Made by a program: the position numbers and the translations under genes. The notes under the pieces are model-generated. The model made no database searches and had not been told where the DNA came from. It was given only the letters and a program-made list of their open reading frames with translations. Shown here one piece after another: positions 38,351 to 51,510 of a stretch of DNA of 64,000 bases. Within the stretch, counting starts at the first letter, position 1; each line of letters starts with the position of its first letter. Source of the DNA: Yuukianura sp. NJ FZ-2021. Its lineage: Eukaryota. The stretch covers positions 7,192,001-7,256,000 of the forward strand of contig CM102289.1 in NCBI GenBank assembly GCA_046563655.1, given 5' to 3'.

Positions 38351-39529
38351 TTAGTCAATGATTTTAATCAAACCGTTAGACTTATGCCGTTCAGATGCTG
38401 CATAACAACGATTGTTTCCATCAATAAAGGATTCCAAACTATCTAAGAATTTAACTAAATGTGGATCGTATGAAAATTTTTGAAGAAGGGAGTCACGTAA
38501 AACCAAAAAATCGTCGATTTCGTCACTGATGAGGACACACATTTGCTCTACGGCAGTCTCCAGCGGAATACCCTTTTCAACCACTTTGAAAACAACCAAA
38601 TTGTCCATTTCGTTTTTTCCAAATTCGTTTTGCATTCCAAGTAAATCATTCGCGAGTCCACAAATGGAATTGACAAGATCCAGAAGTCTCCGAATAGTTG
38701 AACAGTTTTTGATTCTTCCAGGAAGCTCAGTTTGTCCACTCTCCAAAGTCCAGATAATGCTGGCACCGATATCATAGTAAGATAATGCAATGCGGTATTC
38801 TCTGTAGCATTCTTCCTGAGAAGTGCCGTCAATTGGCGACACAGCATAACGCAGCATGGCATTGAAGTATCGTTGAATTGAAAACTCTAAGTGTCTCATT
38901 CCGAATTGGTATCCAGGATAAAGTTTTTCGTAATCTCGATAAAAATCCCGTAATGAATTGAACAAGAACCGGTAAATTGGAAATGCAGGAACATCTTCGT
39001 ACATTTGAGCTGGGTTCCGAATTAGTTGAAGGAGTCCTTGCGTGGCAGATTCAAGCACTGTGACAGAGACTGTTTCAATTGCATTTTCCATAGCATTATC
39101 CAAAACATATAACCAGTAGATCGGTTTTAGCAACATTTTGGTTTCGGCTGATTCGATATTTGAGAATGGATACAACAGAGGAACGAAACGTGCGACAGTT
39201 TCTACCATTCCGTGGAAAAATTTGGAATCTGTATGGTTTTGAATGAATTTGTCAGTCCATCGACATAAGTATAGCTGTAAGTACTGCTGTTGCTCGGGAG
39301 TGACCTCGTAACGTTGATACCTTGGCTGAATTCGAGGAAATTGACCTTTGACATGAACTGTTCCAAAATGTGGATTTGATAGGATACCAAAATCAAATTT
39401 GATTTTTCCCAATAATGGCTTTGTGCAAAACTCATCTGCAACTGAAAATACAATTTCAACAAATATAAATTTATGAAAATTTATAACATTATGACTGTTA
39501 TCCTTTTTACCTTTCGTTGTGGCAGACAT
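38351..39529 (-). CDS. Microbial-type class I terpene synthase (TPS1); probable 69-nt intron 39442-39510
   Basis: LLYP, WLYVLDNAME (Asp-rich motif variant), YREYR (diphosphate sensor Arg), NDLLGMQNE (NSE/DTE motif), DNLVVFK, ERH at the RY position; about 370 aa. Confidence 0.85.
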   Translation of the reverse strand: MSATTKGKKDNSHNVINFHKFIFVEIVFSVADEFCTKPLLGKIKFDFGILSNPHFGTVHVKGQFPRIQPRYQRYEVTPEQQQYLQLYLCRWTDKFIQNHTDSKFFHGMVETVARFVPLLYPFSNIESAETKMLLKPIYWLYVLDNAMENAIETVSVTVLESATQGLLQLIRNPAQMYEDVPAFPIYRFLFNSLRDFYRDYEKLYPGYQFGMRHLEFSIQRYFNAMLRYAVSPIDGTSQEECYREYRIALSYYDIGASIIWTLESGQTELPGRIKNCSTIRRLLDLVNSICGLANDLLGMQNEFGKNEMDNLVVFKVVEKGIPLETAVEQMCVLISDEIDDFLVLRDSLLQKFSYDPHLVKFLDSLESFIDGNNRCYAASERHKSNGLIKIID

Positions 39530-39649
39530 TTCCCGAGCGTTCTTGAATCTTGAGTTTGTCCGATGTTTTCAATGGTTCAAATAGTTTACAAATAAAAAGT
39601 TGATGAGGACAGACATGTGTGAATAGAATAAAGCGATTGAGACAGGTCG

Positions 39650-39760
39650 AGCTTATATACTAGCTAAGGTTTAAGGTTAAGCTAAGCTCGTTCGTTCAAA
39701 GTGTGGGGTGCTCGATGTCACTTGGGGCAGAAGGTGTTGAGGTCAACAGAGGTCAACTAG
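39650..39760. promoter_or_regulatory. Putative shared TPS1/CYP-A promoter elements: TATA box (minus strand) and a perfect DR4 nuclear-receptor element
   Basis: GTATATAAG on the minus strand at about 39652-39660; AGGTCA-acag-AGGTCA at 39740-39755. Confidence 0.4.
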
Positions 39761-40390
39761 CTTTCGCCTGCCACAAAATCCATATTTTGATCGAGTGAAC
39801 TACGGATTTGGGATTCCTGGGCGCCAAATGACCTGAATTTGGGGGAAATATGGTTCAATTTAGTTTATGGTTTGGTGCTCGTAGTGGTACGGGCTTAAAC
39901 GCTAAACGTCGTGCTCTATTTCCTTAATGAGCGGCCTGAGTTCAGTCACTGTGCAAAAATGGCAAACTTCATTTTGCAGAATTTGATACATGAAAGTTGG
40001 TTTGATCGTATTTGCCAAAATTAACAATCAACCAAATTGCGAATTTTTTGCGAATTGAAGTTTTGAGTTCATTAACGTGCTGATTCAGTTCGTCGACAAG
40101 ACAAATAGAGTTGTGGTATTAGATGCCCGGCTCCCTGTGCCATTGTTGTGAATTCAAGGAGAGTGACGATCGTAACAATTTTTTGGCATTATTTGATTAA
40201 CTTTTTGGTTTAGTTTCCGGACTAGTTTTTAAGAGTGCATTTTTCCCGACATAAACACGATAAAAAAGTTGCTCATTTTCATTTAAGTTCTGACAAGACC
40301 TGCATTTCCTTCATCAATAACACAACTATTTTCATCACAGCTTTGTCACTTTGTTGAAAGGCACCCAGCAGTAATTTTATTGCAGAAATC

Positions 40391-42536
40391 ATGTTCTGGT
40401 TGATAGTTGGTGCTTTTTTTTGTTTATTATTTGTTTTCAGATATATTCAGAACAAAAATAAAGGATTACCACCAGGTTAGTTCTCTTACATTTAAGTGCT
40501 CTTAAATTTAAAACTTACGGCAGCCAATTTTGAACTGAAAGATTGACATAATTTAAAAATGTGTACTTATTTGTTTTTTTTTAAACTGTAATGTTTAGGT
40601 CCGCCTCGCTTTCCGTTGATTGGTTCCTTACCGCACTTATTTTTTGCTGGAGCAAAGGCACCTCCGGAGGCATTGCGCAAACTCGGACTAAAGTATGGAC
40701 CCATCTTCACTGTGGAGATTGGATCCGTACTTTCGTGTAGGTGTTTTATGAAACATTTTGCAAAAAACTTTTCCTAAACTTTGAATCATAGTTGTCATAA
40801 ACGGTTACGAGCTGATGACAAAAATTGCCTTTTCGGAGGATCTCTTGAGCCATTCAGACGAAACGGATGTTTTTTTCGTCGAAAAATCAAAATCAGTTTC
40901 ACTCGGTAAATTATTCCTAAAAAAAAGTATAACTTCTTCATGAATCTTACCAACAGAAGTGTTTGAAAACTTAGGGTTACTGTTTGCCCTTCCTCAATTC
41001 TGGGGCCAGACTCGTCCAGCCTGTCAAAAAATTTTCAAAAAATACGGATTTACTACGAAAAGCAAAACGGAACAGAACGTCATGGAGGAATTTATAGAAT
41101 TTTGTGATGACTTAAAAACTGGATTCAATGAAAATGGAACTTTGCGTATCAAATTGACAAACCAGTTTAACCAACTTTTTTTGAATATTGCTACAACGCA
41201 AATCACTGGGAAGAAATATTTAAGCTCCGACTCACGAACAGAAGTCCTGTTAAAAGCAATGGATGACTTCGCAAAATGTATAGGATTTGGAAGTCATATT
41301 GTTCATCTGTACCCGAAATTGGCTCACAAATTTCCAAAACTTGTGGGATACAATACTGTAAAAACTTTTTGCGACTCATGGAGGCAAATAATTTCTGTAA
41401 GTTTAACAACAAAAGCAATATCTTTTAAGTTTAAAAAAATAAGATAATTTAGTATAATGCTAAAACTAAACTTTTTTAAATAACTTGTTTGAAGGAATTT
41501 ATTCGGGAAGAGCGTGACCAAATGAAAACTCAGTCGGAGCCAGATAACTTTCTAGCTGAATTCTTGCAAAGAATTGAATCCCCTCACAAAAAAAGTTCAA
41601 CAGATGAATTTGTCTATACGCGTAAGTTATTTAAATCTTAACTAAACATAACTTATGTCCATCGTTCTGTTATGATATGAGCTATTTTTTTTATTTAGCG
41701 GAAAACTTGACTTCTATATTACAAGACTTACATTTAGGAGGAACTCAAACGCAGTCCCATATTGTAAAATATTTTATTCGTTTCATGTTGTCATTTCCGG
41801 ATGTCCAAGAGCGTCTTCAAAAAGAAGTTGATGAGGTCATTGGTAAAAACCGTTTGGTCACCTGTGATGACATTCCAAAGTTAGAATTATATTTTACCTA
41901 CAATTCAAACATTACTAATAAGCAGGACTCATAAAAAACAACATTTTTCAGGTTAAGTTATGTTCAAGCGACACTTAACGAAGTATACAGACTTGGTTGT
42001 GCTGCAGTGGCAACTCCAAGGAAGCTTATGAATGACGCGGTTATTGCTGGTTATAAGCTTCCAAAGGTTAGCGAACAAAACAAGCTCAATTGTTTATCAA
42101 AATATTGTGACCTGTTTTTTTTTTTGGTGTTTTGTGCAGGGATCAACCTTAATATTTAACATTTGGGCCGCACACAGAGATTCAACTGTATGGGAAAATC
42201 CATTAGAGTTTAATCCTGACCGATTTTTGTCTGAAGATGGCACAACTTTAGTCAATACTGAAAAAATTGTTGCATTTGGATTTGGTAAAAAATTTAAAAA
42301 ACAGGAATTTTTAACGATTTAAAAATGTATTACTAGTGTATGAAACAATTTCAGGCAAGCGTAGATGTATCGGTGAGCAATTGGCGAGGACGAGTCTCAT
42401 ACTGGGCATAACAACATTGGTTCAACAATTTAGTTTTCATTTGGATCCAGTCACTGGAGTGCCTAGTGAAGACAACGATACCTTTGGATTCACAAGAGAC
42501 ACGCCTCCATTCTACGTCCTCATGCGGAAACGATAA
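40391..42536 (+). CDS. Cytochrome P450 (CYP2 clan), copy A
   Basis: N-terminal anchor + LPPGPPRFPLIG, WGQTR, I-helix [27 protein letters not shown]. Confidence 0.93.
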
Positions 42537-43111
42537 TTGCTGTAAAGCAATTTTTTTATCCAAAAAAATCAATCTAGCATTTCTATCCTTCTCGAATTCG
42601 GAAACGTTGAACTTGATATGAACTTTCTTAACGAGCCGCACTCATGGGCGGACGGTCTTCAATTGCAATTAAGTCTGAATAATAAAAGAATTCCTTTTTT
42701 ATTATTATATAATGTATTATTTTTATTTTTATTATTATTATGTTGAACATAACAAAGCACATAAGTATTCTTACTCTCCAAAAGAAGATTTAGTTGGTAG
42801 CATTGGTTTCTTAGCATTGACAGACTTCATCACCAACTTTTCACCCAGTTGATAATAACAACTCAAGGTTAGCAGGTTAGTTGATCTTTGGACTGTCCTT
42901 GCACTTTAGTTTGCAAACTAGTTTCCAAAAATGAAACTTTTCCGCACTTGCACAAATGTAAAACCAAGCTGTGTTAAAATGTGCTAATAAGTTGCTCATT
43001 TTCGTTTAAGTTCTAACGAAATCTACATTTTCCTCATCAGTAACACAATTATTGTCATCAGAGCGTTGTCAGTTTGTTGAAAAGTTCACTAGTATTTCTA
43101 TTGTAGAAATT

Positions 43112-45267
43112 ATGTTTGGGGTGTTAGTTGGTGTTTTTGTTTGTTTCTTTTACGTTTTCAAATACCTGCTTCAGAACAAAAACAAAGGATTACCGCCAGG
43201 TTAGTTCTGATTGAATTTAAAACTTACGCCAGTCAGTTTTGGCCATGAACGTAACATTGACATAACGTAAAAATGCATGGATTATTTAATTATAAGTTAT
43301 TGGAATTTTTTAACCTGGAATGTTTAGGTCCGCCACGCTTTCCTCTGATTGGTTCCTTGCCGCATCTGTTTTGGGCTGGAGCAAAGACACCTCCAGAGGC
43401 ACTGCGCAAACTCGGACTAAAGTATGGTCCTATCTATACCGTGGAGCTTGGATCCGTCCTCTCATGTAACTGTTATGCTAAATTTTCAAAAAGCAATATA
43501 ATAGCTTTTTTAACTTCATTGTTAGTTGTCATAAACGGTTACGAGCTGATGACAAACATAGGCTTCTCGGAGGATCTCTTGAGCCATTCAGACGAAACGG
43601 ATGTTTTTTTCGTCGAAAAATCAAAATCAGTTTCACTCGGTAAATTATTCCTAAAAAAGTTTATAATTTCTTTATGAATTATGAATCTTACTAAAACTTA
43701 GGGTTACTGTTTGCCCTTCCTCAATTCTGGGGCCAGACTCGTCTAGCCTGTCAAAGAATTTTGAAAAAATACGGATTTGCTACGAAAACCAAAATGGAAC
43801 AAAACATCATGGAGGAATTTATGGAATTTTGTGATGACTTAAAAACTGAATTCGATGAAACTGGAACTTTGCGTATCAAATTGACAAACCAATTTACCCA
43901 CCTTTTTTTTAATATTGCCACAACTCAAATCACTGGGAAGAAATATGTAAGGTCCGACTCGCGAACTGAAGTCCTGTTAAAAGCAATGGATGACTTCGCA
44001 AAAATTGTTGGATTTGGAAGTCATATTGTTCATCTCTACCCGAAATTGGCTCACATATTTCCAAAGCTGATGGGATACGATACTCTAAAAACTGCTTGTG
44101 ATTCGTGGAGGCAAATAACTTGTGTAAGTTTATTAACAAAAGCAAGCTTTTCAGTTTAAAAAATTAGATAATTTTCGATAACTATAATTAGAATTATTTG
44201 TGTAACTTGTTTGAAGGATTTCATTCGGGAAGAGCGTGACCAAATGAAAACTCTCGAGGAACCAGATAATTTTCTAGCTGAATTTTTGCAAAGAATTGAA
44301 TCTCCTGTCAAAAAAAGTTCAACAGATGAATTTATTTATACGCGTAAGTTGTTTTAAATCTTCACTAAACATAATTTTAGTCCATGGTTCTTGTGTACTA
44401 GAACATAATATAGGTCTGTTTTCTATTCAGCGGAGAACTTAACTTCTACACTACAGGACTTACATCTTGGAGGAGCCGAAACACAGGCGCATATTGTGAA
44501 GTTTTTAATTCGATTTCTTGTGTCACATCCGGATGTCCAAGAGCGTCTTCAGAGAGAAGTTGATGAGGTCATTGGTAAAAATCGATTGGTGACCTGTGAC
44601 GACATTCCAAAGTTAGAATTATGTCTTAACCTAAAATTCAAAATTTCTAAAAAAAGCAGAACTCATAAAAAAAAGATTTTTTTCAGGTTAAGTTATGTTC
44701 AAGCGACACTTAACGAAGTATACAGACTTGGCTGTGCTGTAGTGGCAACTCCAAGAAAGCTTATAAATGATGCCGTTATTGCTGGTTATAAGCTCCCAAA
44801 GGTTAACGAACGAAACAGGTCAAAGGTTAATCTAAATATTGTGAACTCTTTTCGTTATTTTTGTGCAGGGAGCAAGCGTAATATTGAGCATTTGGGGCGC
44901 ACACAGAGATTCGACTGTATGGGAAAATCCATTGGAGTTTAACCCTGACCGGTTCTTGTCCGAAGATGGCACAACTTTAGTCAATACTGAAAAAATTGTT
45001 GCTTTTGGATTTGGTAAATTAAAATAAAAAAAACAGGAATTCTTTTTGCAAGAAAAATGTAATTACTATTACGAATAAACAATTTCAGGCAAGCGTAGGT
45101 GTATTGGTGAGCAATTGGCGAGGACGAGTCTCATTCTGGGCGTAACAACATTGGTACAGCTATTTAGTTTTCATTTGGATCCAGTCACTGGAGTGCCTAG
45201 TGAAGACGATATCTTTAGATTCACAAGAGACACACCTCCATTCTACGTCCTAATGCGCAAAAGATAA
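43112..45267 (+). CDS. Cytochrome P450 (CYP2 clan), copy B
   Basis: Same exon structure as copy A; I-helix [25 protein letters not shown]. Confidence 0.92.
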
Positions 45268-45512
45268 TTACTGGAGAACAATTTTTTTTAACCCAAAAAA
45301 GTTGTTCTACTAGTATTACTCAAGGTTACATGACAACGAAAAGTTAAATTTCTTGATTTTGAATTTATATGAATGAAAAAAAAACATGTTACTCAACCTG
45401 TTAAAGAAAACCAAAGTCAACAAACCTTGAGTATTTCTAATCGTCTGTTCGTGTTGTAAGTAAAGTCTAAGGTCAATTTTTTGTTTTGAATTGTTGGATA
45501 CATAAGATTGAT

Positions 45513-45830
45513 CGACTTCTTTTCAGCAAAATTTAAAACTGATAATGTTCATACCAACATACAAGAAAATTTTTTCCAACTTTTACCAAAATTGAATCAT
45601 GACCAAATTGATTATATGTCTAAAGTCATTTCATCTGAGGAAATCAAAATTGCAATTTCTCAACTGAAGAATGATACCTGTCCCGGTCTTGACGGGATTT
45701 CAAGTGAATTTATTAAAATATTCATACCAGAATTTACTAAAATATTCGAATGGTTATGGAGCGAATGCTTAATTCGCGATGAAATGCCAGACTCTCTTAA
45801 ATGTGGACTTGTCACCCTAATTTACAAAAA
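45513..45830 (+). mobile_element. Internal fragment of an L1/Tx1-like LINE ORF2, inserted with an 11-bp direct repeat
   Basis: ISSEEIKIAISQLKNDTCPGLDGISSEF..GLVTLIYKK; ATAAGATTGAT at 45502-45512 and 45831-45841; empty homologous site near 57224. Confidence 0.8.
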
Positions 45831-46100
45831 ATAAGATTGATATATTGATACGAAACATCGGCTTCCATTGAGGAGGCCTACTCTTTTCTTATCCTAAGTT
45901 AAGCATTACTGCAAATGGTCTTTGATGTGACTTTTGAGTAAGCAACATCACAAAAAAAGACTTGGAAAACAACAAACTTTTCTTACAAACGCCTAATAAA
46001 AGAGCCCAGATAAAAAATTCAGCTCCAGGAATCAAGTAATATTTGGTGTAAAATATACTCAAAAGTTAGTCAAAATTGGACAAGTGTGAAAATTTTTACA

Positions 46101-48246
46101 ATGTTGTATTTACTTCTGGTGGCTCTTCTGCTAACTTTCGTAGTGAAGTTAATATGGCAGTACACTTACTGTCAACTCCCACCAGGTAAAAATTTTAAGA
46201 GTAAAAATTTAAGCAAATTCGGGAATTGAATTGAAGTACTTTGTTTAGGTCCTCCAAGATTTCCACTGATTGGATCTTTGTTGCATGTGTACCTTGCAGA
46301 CAGGAAGTCTCCAGCAGAAGCACTTGCTAAACTGTCTAGGCGATATGGTCCGATTTTTACAATTCAAAATGGATCAGTTATGAACGGTAGTTTACTAAAA
46401 AGTGTACTTTCTAGATGCAAAATTTCCAAACCACACTATTTTGTTTAATTGTTGAATATTTTCAGTCGTGATAAACAGTTTTGAGATGTTAACGCAAGTC
46501 GGAAATTCGGAAGATCTTTTGAGTCGGATAAATGAATCTGACCTTTGGTTTTTGTCAAAAAACAATTTCGTTCCAATCGGTAACAAAGTTTTGTCTAAGA
46601 AAAATTGAAAATGTATGTTTAACAACATTTTTTTGGTTGGTAAAAATCGGATTTGGAAACTTTTTAGGTTTGCTATTTTCCCTGCCCGATTTCTGGCAGA
46701 AAACCCGCTCTGCATGTCAAAAACTTTTTCGAAAACATGGATTCAATGCTAGAACCAAACTGGAGCAAACTGTTATGGAACAATTTATGGAATTTGTTGA
46801 TGAACTCAAGGAAAAATTTGAAAATGGCGAACTTGTGCTGGAATTGACCCATCAATTCGACAGTATTTTTTTCACTATTGTCACTACTCTAATCACTGGC
46901 AAAAAGTATGCTAGTTCCGACAAACGAATGGAAACTGCTCTCAACGCCCTTGACCATTACGCCAAATCCATGCACTTTAGTGGTCACATTTCACACCTCT
47001 ACCCTAATCTGGTTCCGATGTTTCCGAACTTCACTGGACTGACTAAGCTCCGAGACGCCTGCCATAACTGGAACCTTACGGTCGACGTGAGTTAGTATTT
47101 TAAGCCTGAACCACTAAAAAAAACTTTTTCTTTCATAAATAATTTTTTTAGGATTTCATTGATCAAGAACGGGAGTATTTACAACTCAACTCAGAGCCCA
47201 ACAATTTCTTGGCAGAATTTTTACAGCATGTAGACACTCCAAGCGAGCTGAGTGAGCGGGATAAAGAAGTTTACACATGTAAGTTTGTAACCACAATCAC
47301 ATTAAATATTTAACTACAAAAATTATTTTATTACTTAAATAATAATTTTTCACATTTCAGACGCAAATTTAGTATCTACGTTTCAAGACCTACAACTGGG
47401 TGGAACAGAAGGATTGTCTCACCTAGTAAAATTTTTCATCAAATTTTTGTTACCGCGGCCACACGTACAGCAACGACTTCAGGAGGAAGTGGATGAAGTT
47501 GTTGGAAAATATACCCTCGTAACCACAAAAAATTTACCGAGGTAATACCTACAGCGTTGAAAAATATTTTGCAACATTTTGTAAGAATTCGTCAATTTTG
47601 TGTCTGTGTTTGAAGATTGGTTTACGTACAAGCAACAGTGGAAGAAGTTCTGAGGTAAAAGATTCAGATTTTGGTTTACAATTAAAATAAAATCTTAAAG
47701 GTCTAAGTTGAACTCTAAATTCATAGGTTGGGATGCGCCGTAATGATGACGCCTCGGAGACTGTTGAAAGATTGTGTAATCGCTGGCTACAAGCTGCCCA
47801 AGGTAAGAGGTTAATGTCAACAGTCACTTAATCAACATACTTACCTTGAAATTAATTTCAAAGGGAATGATGTTGACGCTTAACATTTGGGGAGGGAGTA
47901 CAGATCCAGCTGAATGGAAAAATCCTAAAGACTTTGACCCCAGCCGATTCCTGTCGCAAGATGGCTCTACTCTGATCAACACGGAAAAAGTCATGGCATT
48001 TGGATTTGGTAAATCAAAAATAAAAATAAAAATAAGTTTTCATGCAACTTTCCTAAATAAAATTTAGGCAAACGGAAATGTATTGGAGATCATCATGCGA
48101 AAACAAGTCTGGCACTTGTGATAGCAACACTTGTACAACAGTTTAGTTTCCATTTGGATCCAGTTACTGGACCGCCCTCTGACGACGACATTTTCGGATT
48201 TATCAGAGACACTATTCCATTCTCTGTACTTATTCGAAAAAGATAA
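46101..48246 (+). CDS. Cytochrome P450 (CYP2 clan), divergent copy C
   Basis: LPPGPPRFPLIG, WQKTR, I-helix GGTEGL, EVLR, FDPSRF, FGFGKRKCIGD; one extra intron after the K-helix. Confidence 0.92.
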
Positions 48247-48417
48247 GTTTATATAAATTCAAAGTATTATATTTACTAAAATTAATTAAGCAGATTGCAT
48301 AAACTTGGCTATTTTATTTGGAAATTCATTACCACAAATCACGTTATCTTATCACAATCTAAACCAGAATTTAAAAAGCTGCGAAATGGTTCCAAAATAA
48401 ATCAAAAGAAACAAAGT

Positions 48418-49166
48418 TTAGTCCGATTTTGTATCTGAATTGTCCCTCCAAACGGTGTAGTTGAGGGCAGTGGCCAACGTAAGCCAGAGTACGTATGGAA
48501 CCATTAGAAGACCAGCCGTTGGATTAATTTCATAAAAGGCTGCTGTACAAGCAACTACAACACCGTAGAGCCCAACGATGTCAACTAAAGCCTAACAAAG
48601 AATTATTTTTTTTATCTTTAGTAACACATATAATTGTGATTTTAGTTATTTGCTTAATTCAGTTATATTTACCCATCCCATTTTCTTCCAATGGAAGAAA
48701 ATTGGCGTCCAGGCCCAATTCAACGCCAATTGTGTTCCGTAAAGAATGAGTGGAAGTCTCGCCCTTCCTAATTCAAAAAACAAACAGCAGAATTAGTGGT
48801 CAACTCCCAAATTCATTCAAACATGAAAGGTCAAAGGAAAGTCATGCAATTTACTACTTCCTAGCAAATTGTTACTATTTTTACTAACCATCAAACCCAC
48901 CACCATCAGAATACACCAAATAAGAGGCGTAGCCCATTGATGAATAAAGAGCCGTCCACACAGGCCCAAAGGCCCAATTCGGTGGTCGCCATGATGGTTT
49001 TACCAGGCCCTATTCAAAAAAAAAGTTAATAGGTTTTACGGACAATTCAAAATTGAGATTTACACACCTCGTACCACGGTTGTATATTTTTGGCCGTAAG
49101 GATTCCACCAGCCCAACCTCCTACATTTGGAAAAATGGAAGCAGCTATTGCTGCATAGTTCACCAT
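48418..49166 (-). CDS. TSPO: Translocator protein (TspO/MBR family), four exons
   Basis: [79 protein letters not shown]. Confidence 0.95.
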
Positions 49167-49937
49167 TTTCTCGCTTGGAACTACTTTTGTGGTGCTGTTA
49201 ATATATTTATTTATTATTTATATTTATTATTTTTACTCTTCTCGTCGTTACTTATTACTGCAGATGGTTTTGATTTTGTGGATTTTCTAGTTTGAAGTTG
49301 ATTCTTTCCCACCGCGAAGAGCAAAACTAGGAAATTTTGGAACCGGCGTTAAGCTTTTTACCTACAAAAGACTTCTGCAGAAGTCTTATCAACTTGTTGA
49401 CCCAAAATCCAGCACGAATGCAAAAGTTTTTTTTGTCGTAGCTATGTCCTATCTTTTCAACTCTACTACTTACATTAAACTTTTTGATAAAACTACAAGG
49501 AGAGTAATACTGTCACAGTATTTAAAAAAATCAAGAGTTAGATACTAAATGCGTATGATTTCACAGATCCTACAGTTTTCAATTCCTAAAACGCCACATG
49601 AATCGTCCTTTGAAAACACTTAACATAACACGTGTCATAGCTTTTTGAAAATAATTAGTTTTAGAATGTTGGCGGTATCACGAAAAGAATGTTTGGCCAA
49701 GCTTTGCAGCTTAAAAACTCATGAGTTGGGAATTTGATCTTGGTTTAATGAAGGAGTAACCTTTAATTAATATTCGGAAAACCTCAATCGACTTTAACAA
49801 AGTTTTAATGAGTCGGACATCCTTTTTGCAATTGCAGTCATTAGGGTTTAGTCAGCATAAGAACTCAGATAAAAATTGGATTTCAAGTTTGAACAGATCT
49901 GAAATTTAGAAAAATTAAACAACCTTAACTGCAGAAA

Positions 49938-51358
49938 ATGTGCAGTGTTGGAAAACTGCTGCATTTGTTGTCAAGTTTACTATTGCTAACGCTTTTTTTA
50001 GAATGTGGTGCAGAAGATTCGGCATGCAAAGGGAAGCGGGAAGTTTGGTTATTTTACATCTACGTTTTCATTTTGTTGGCAATTTGTGTTTTCGGAATTT
50101 TGGGAAATGTGTTGTCAGTTGTAATACTTGGAAAGAAGATGATGTCAACTCCAGTGGTAGGGATAATGATTGTATTGGCTCTGGTTGACTTAGGAGTGCT
50201 CGCTACTCATGTACCTTCTATACCATTGTATGGGTTCAAATTAGTTTCGAAATTTTTCAAAATTTATGAACTTCACCCCACCGAAGAGCAGCAGCAACAA
50301 GCGCCTGTGCAGATTTCCATGTTAGGTGGAAAGCCACTGGAAATGGTTACCTACTTGGAAGAAATTCATGCTCGCTACATCTATCCTTTGATTAAGACGG
50401 GTAAGGTCAAAGGTCAACCAATTCTAAAAAATTGCAAAGTAGTGCGTTTCAAAACTGCTTAAATTTTTGTAGCTCACTCCGGTTCTGTGTACATGACGGT
50501 GTTAATGACGCTGGAACGCTTCGTAACAACTCATTTCCCGCTTAAATTTCGATCCTGGACGAGTCACAAAAAAGTGGCTGGAATGGTCGCTCTAGTTTTA
50601 ACAAAAGCCGTCGGTGTCAACATTCCCCGTTGGTGGGAAAATGTGGGATCAAAGATCATTGTTCGCAAAGTTCACCAATTTATGGAGAAACATCATTGGG
50701 AACTGACTCGAGTCTATGATCAAGATCACCCGAATGCTTTACAGAACAAAGGCTATCACCAGTACTATCACGGATACTTCTGGAACATTCTCATCTACTT
50801 CATCCCAATTCCTGTTCTGGTTTTCTTAATTTACAAAATTTGGGTTCATGTAAGATGACTTAACTAAAAACTTAATTTGTAGTTAACTAAGCTTTGATTT
50901 TTTAGGTGAAAGCGAAAGCACTTGCTTATGGTCGACCTCTGACAACACTTAATGAGCATGAATTGGAAATGGCTTCGCTTACAGTGACACTGCTTTGTGC
51001 TGCTGGTTTCTTTGTTGGTAGTCATGTGCTGACAGGAGCGATTAGTTTGGGTTTGACGACATTTGGAAATCATGATCCAAAAGAAACTGAAGTATTTTCC
51101 TGTATTCCAGTTTTACTTAATTCGTCAAAACACGCTGTTTTGTACAGCATTTTCAACAAAAAGTTTCGAACGGAATTAATTTTGATAGTGCGTATGTTTC
51201 CTGGAATGTCATCAAGTTTTGGAAAATACTTAGAAGAGTCTCAACCAGCGGAACAAGTCGAAATTTCCAATATGGCTGGTGCCAGTGGTGCTGTCGCGGC
51301 GGTAGAAGAAATGAAAGATAAAATTGAAACAGAATTGGAAAGCAAAGTTGAAGAATAA
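49938..51358 (+). CDS. Class A GPCR, FMRFamide/sex-peptide-receptor-like, three exons
   Basis: FGILGNVLS, LALVDL, SVYMTVLMTLERF, NIPRWW, YFIPIPVL, NSS..LY..FNKKFR; N-terminal signal-peptide-like segment. Confidence 0.85.
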
Positions 51359-51510
51359 TTGAAATCCAAAATCAATTGTTAACACAATGAAAATCAGATT
51401 CTCAGTTTTTAAGATGCTATTTTTTAATGGTTCCTCAAGGATTTTGTTTTAGTTCAAATTGCTTAAGAATGGAAGAATGGAAGAAACGGTCCGGCCGGTT
51501 TTTATTCGGT

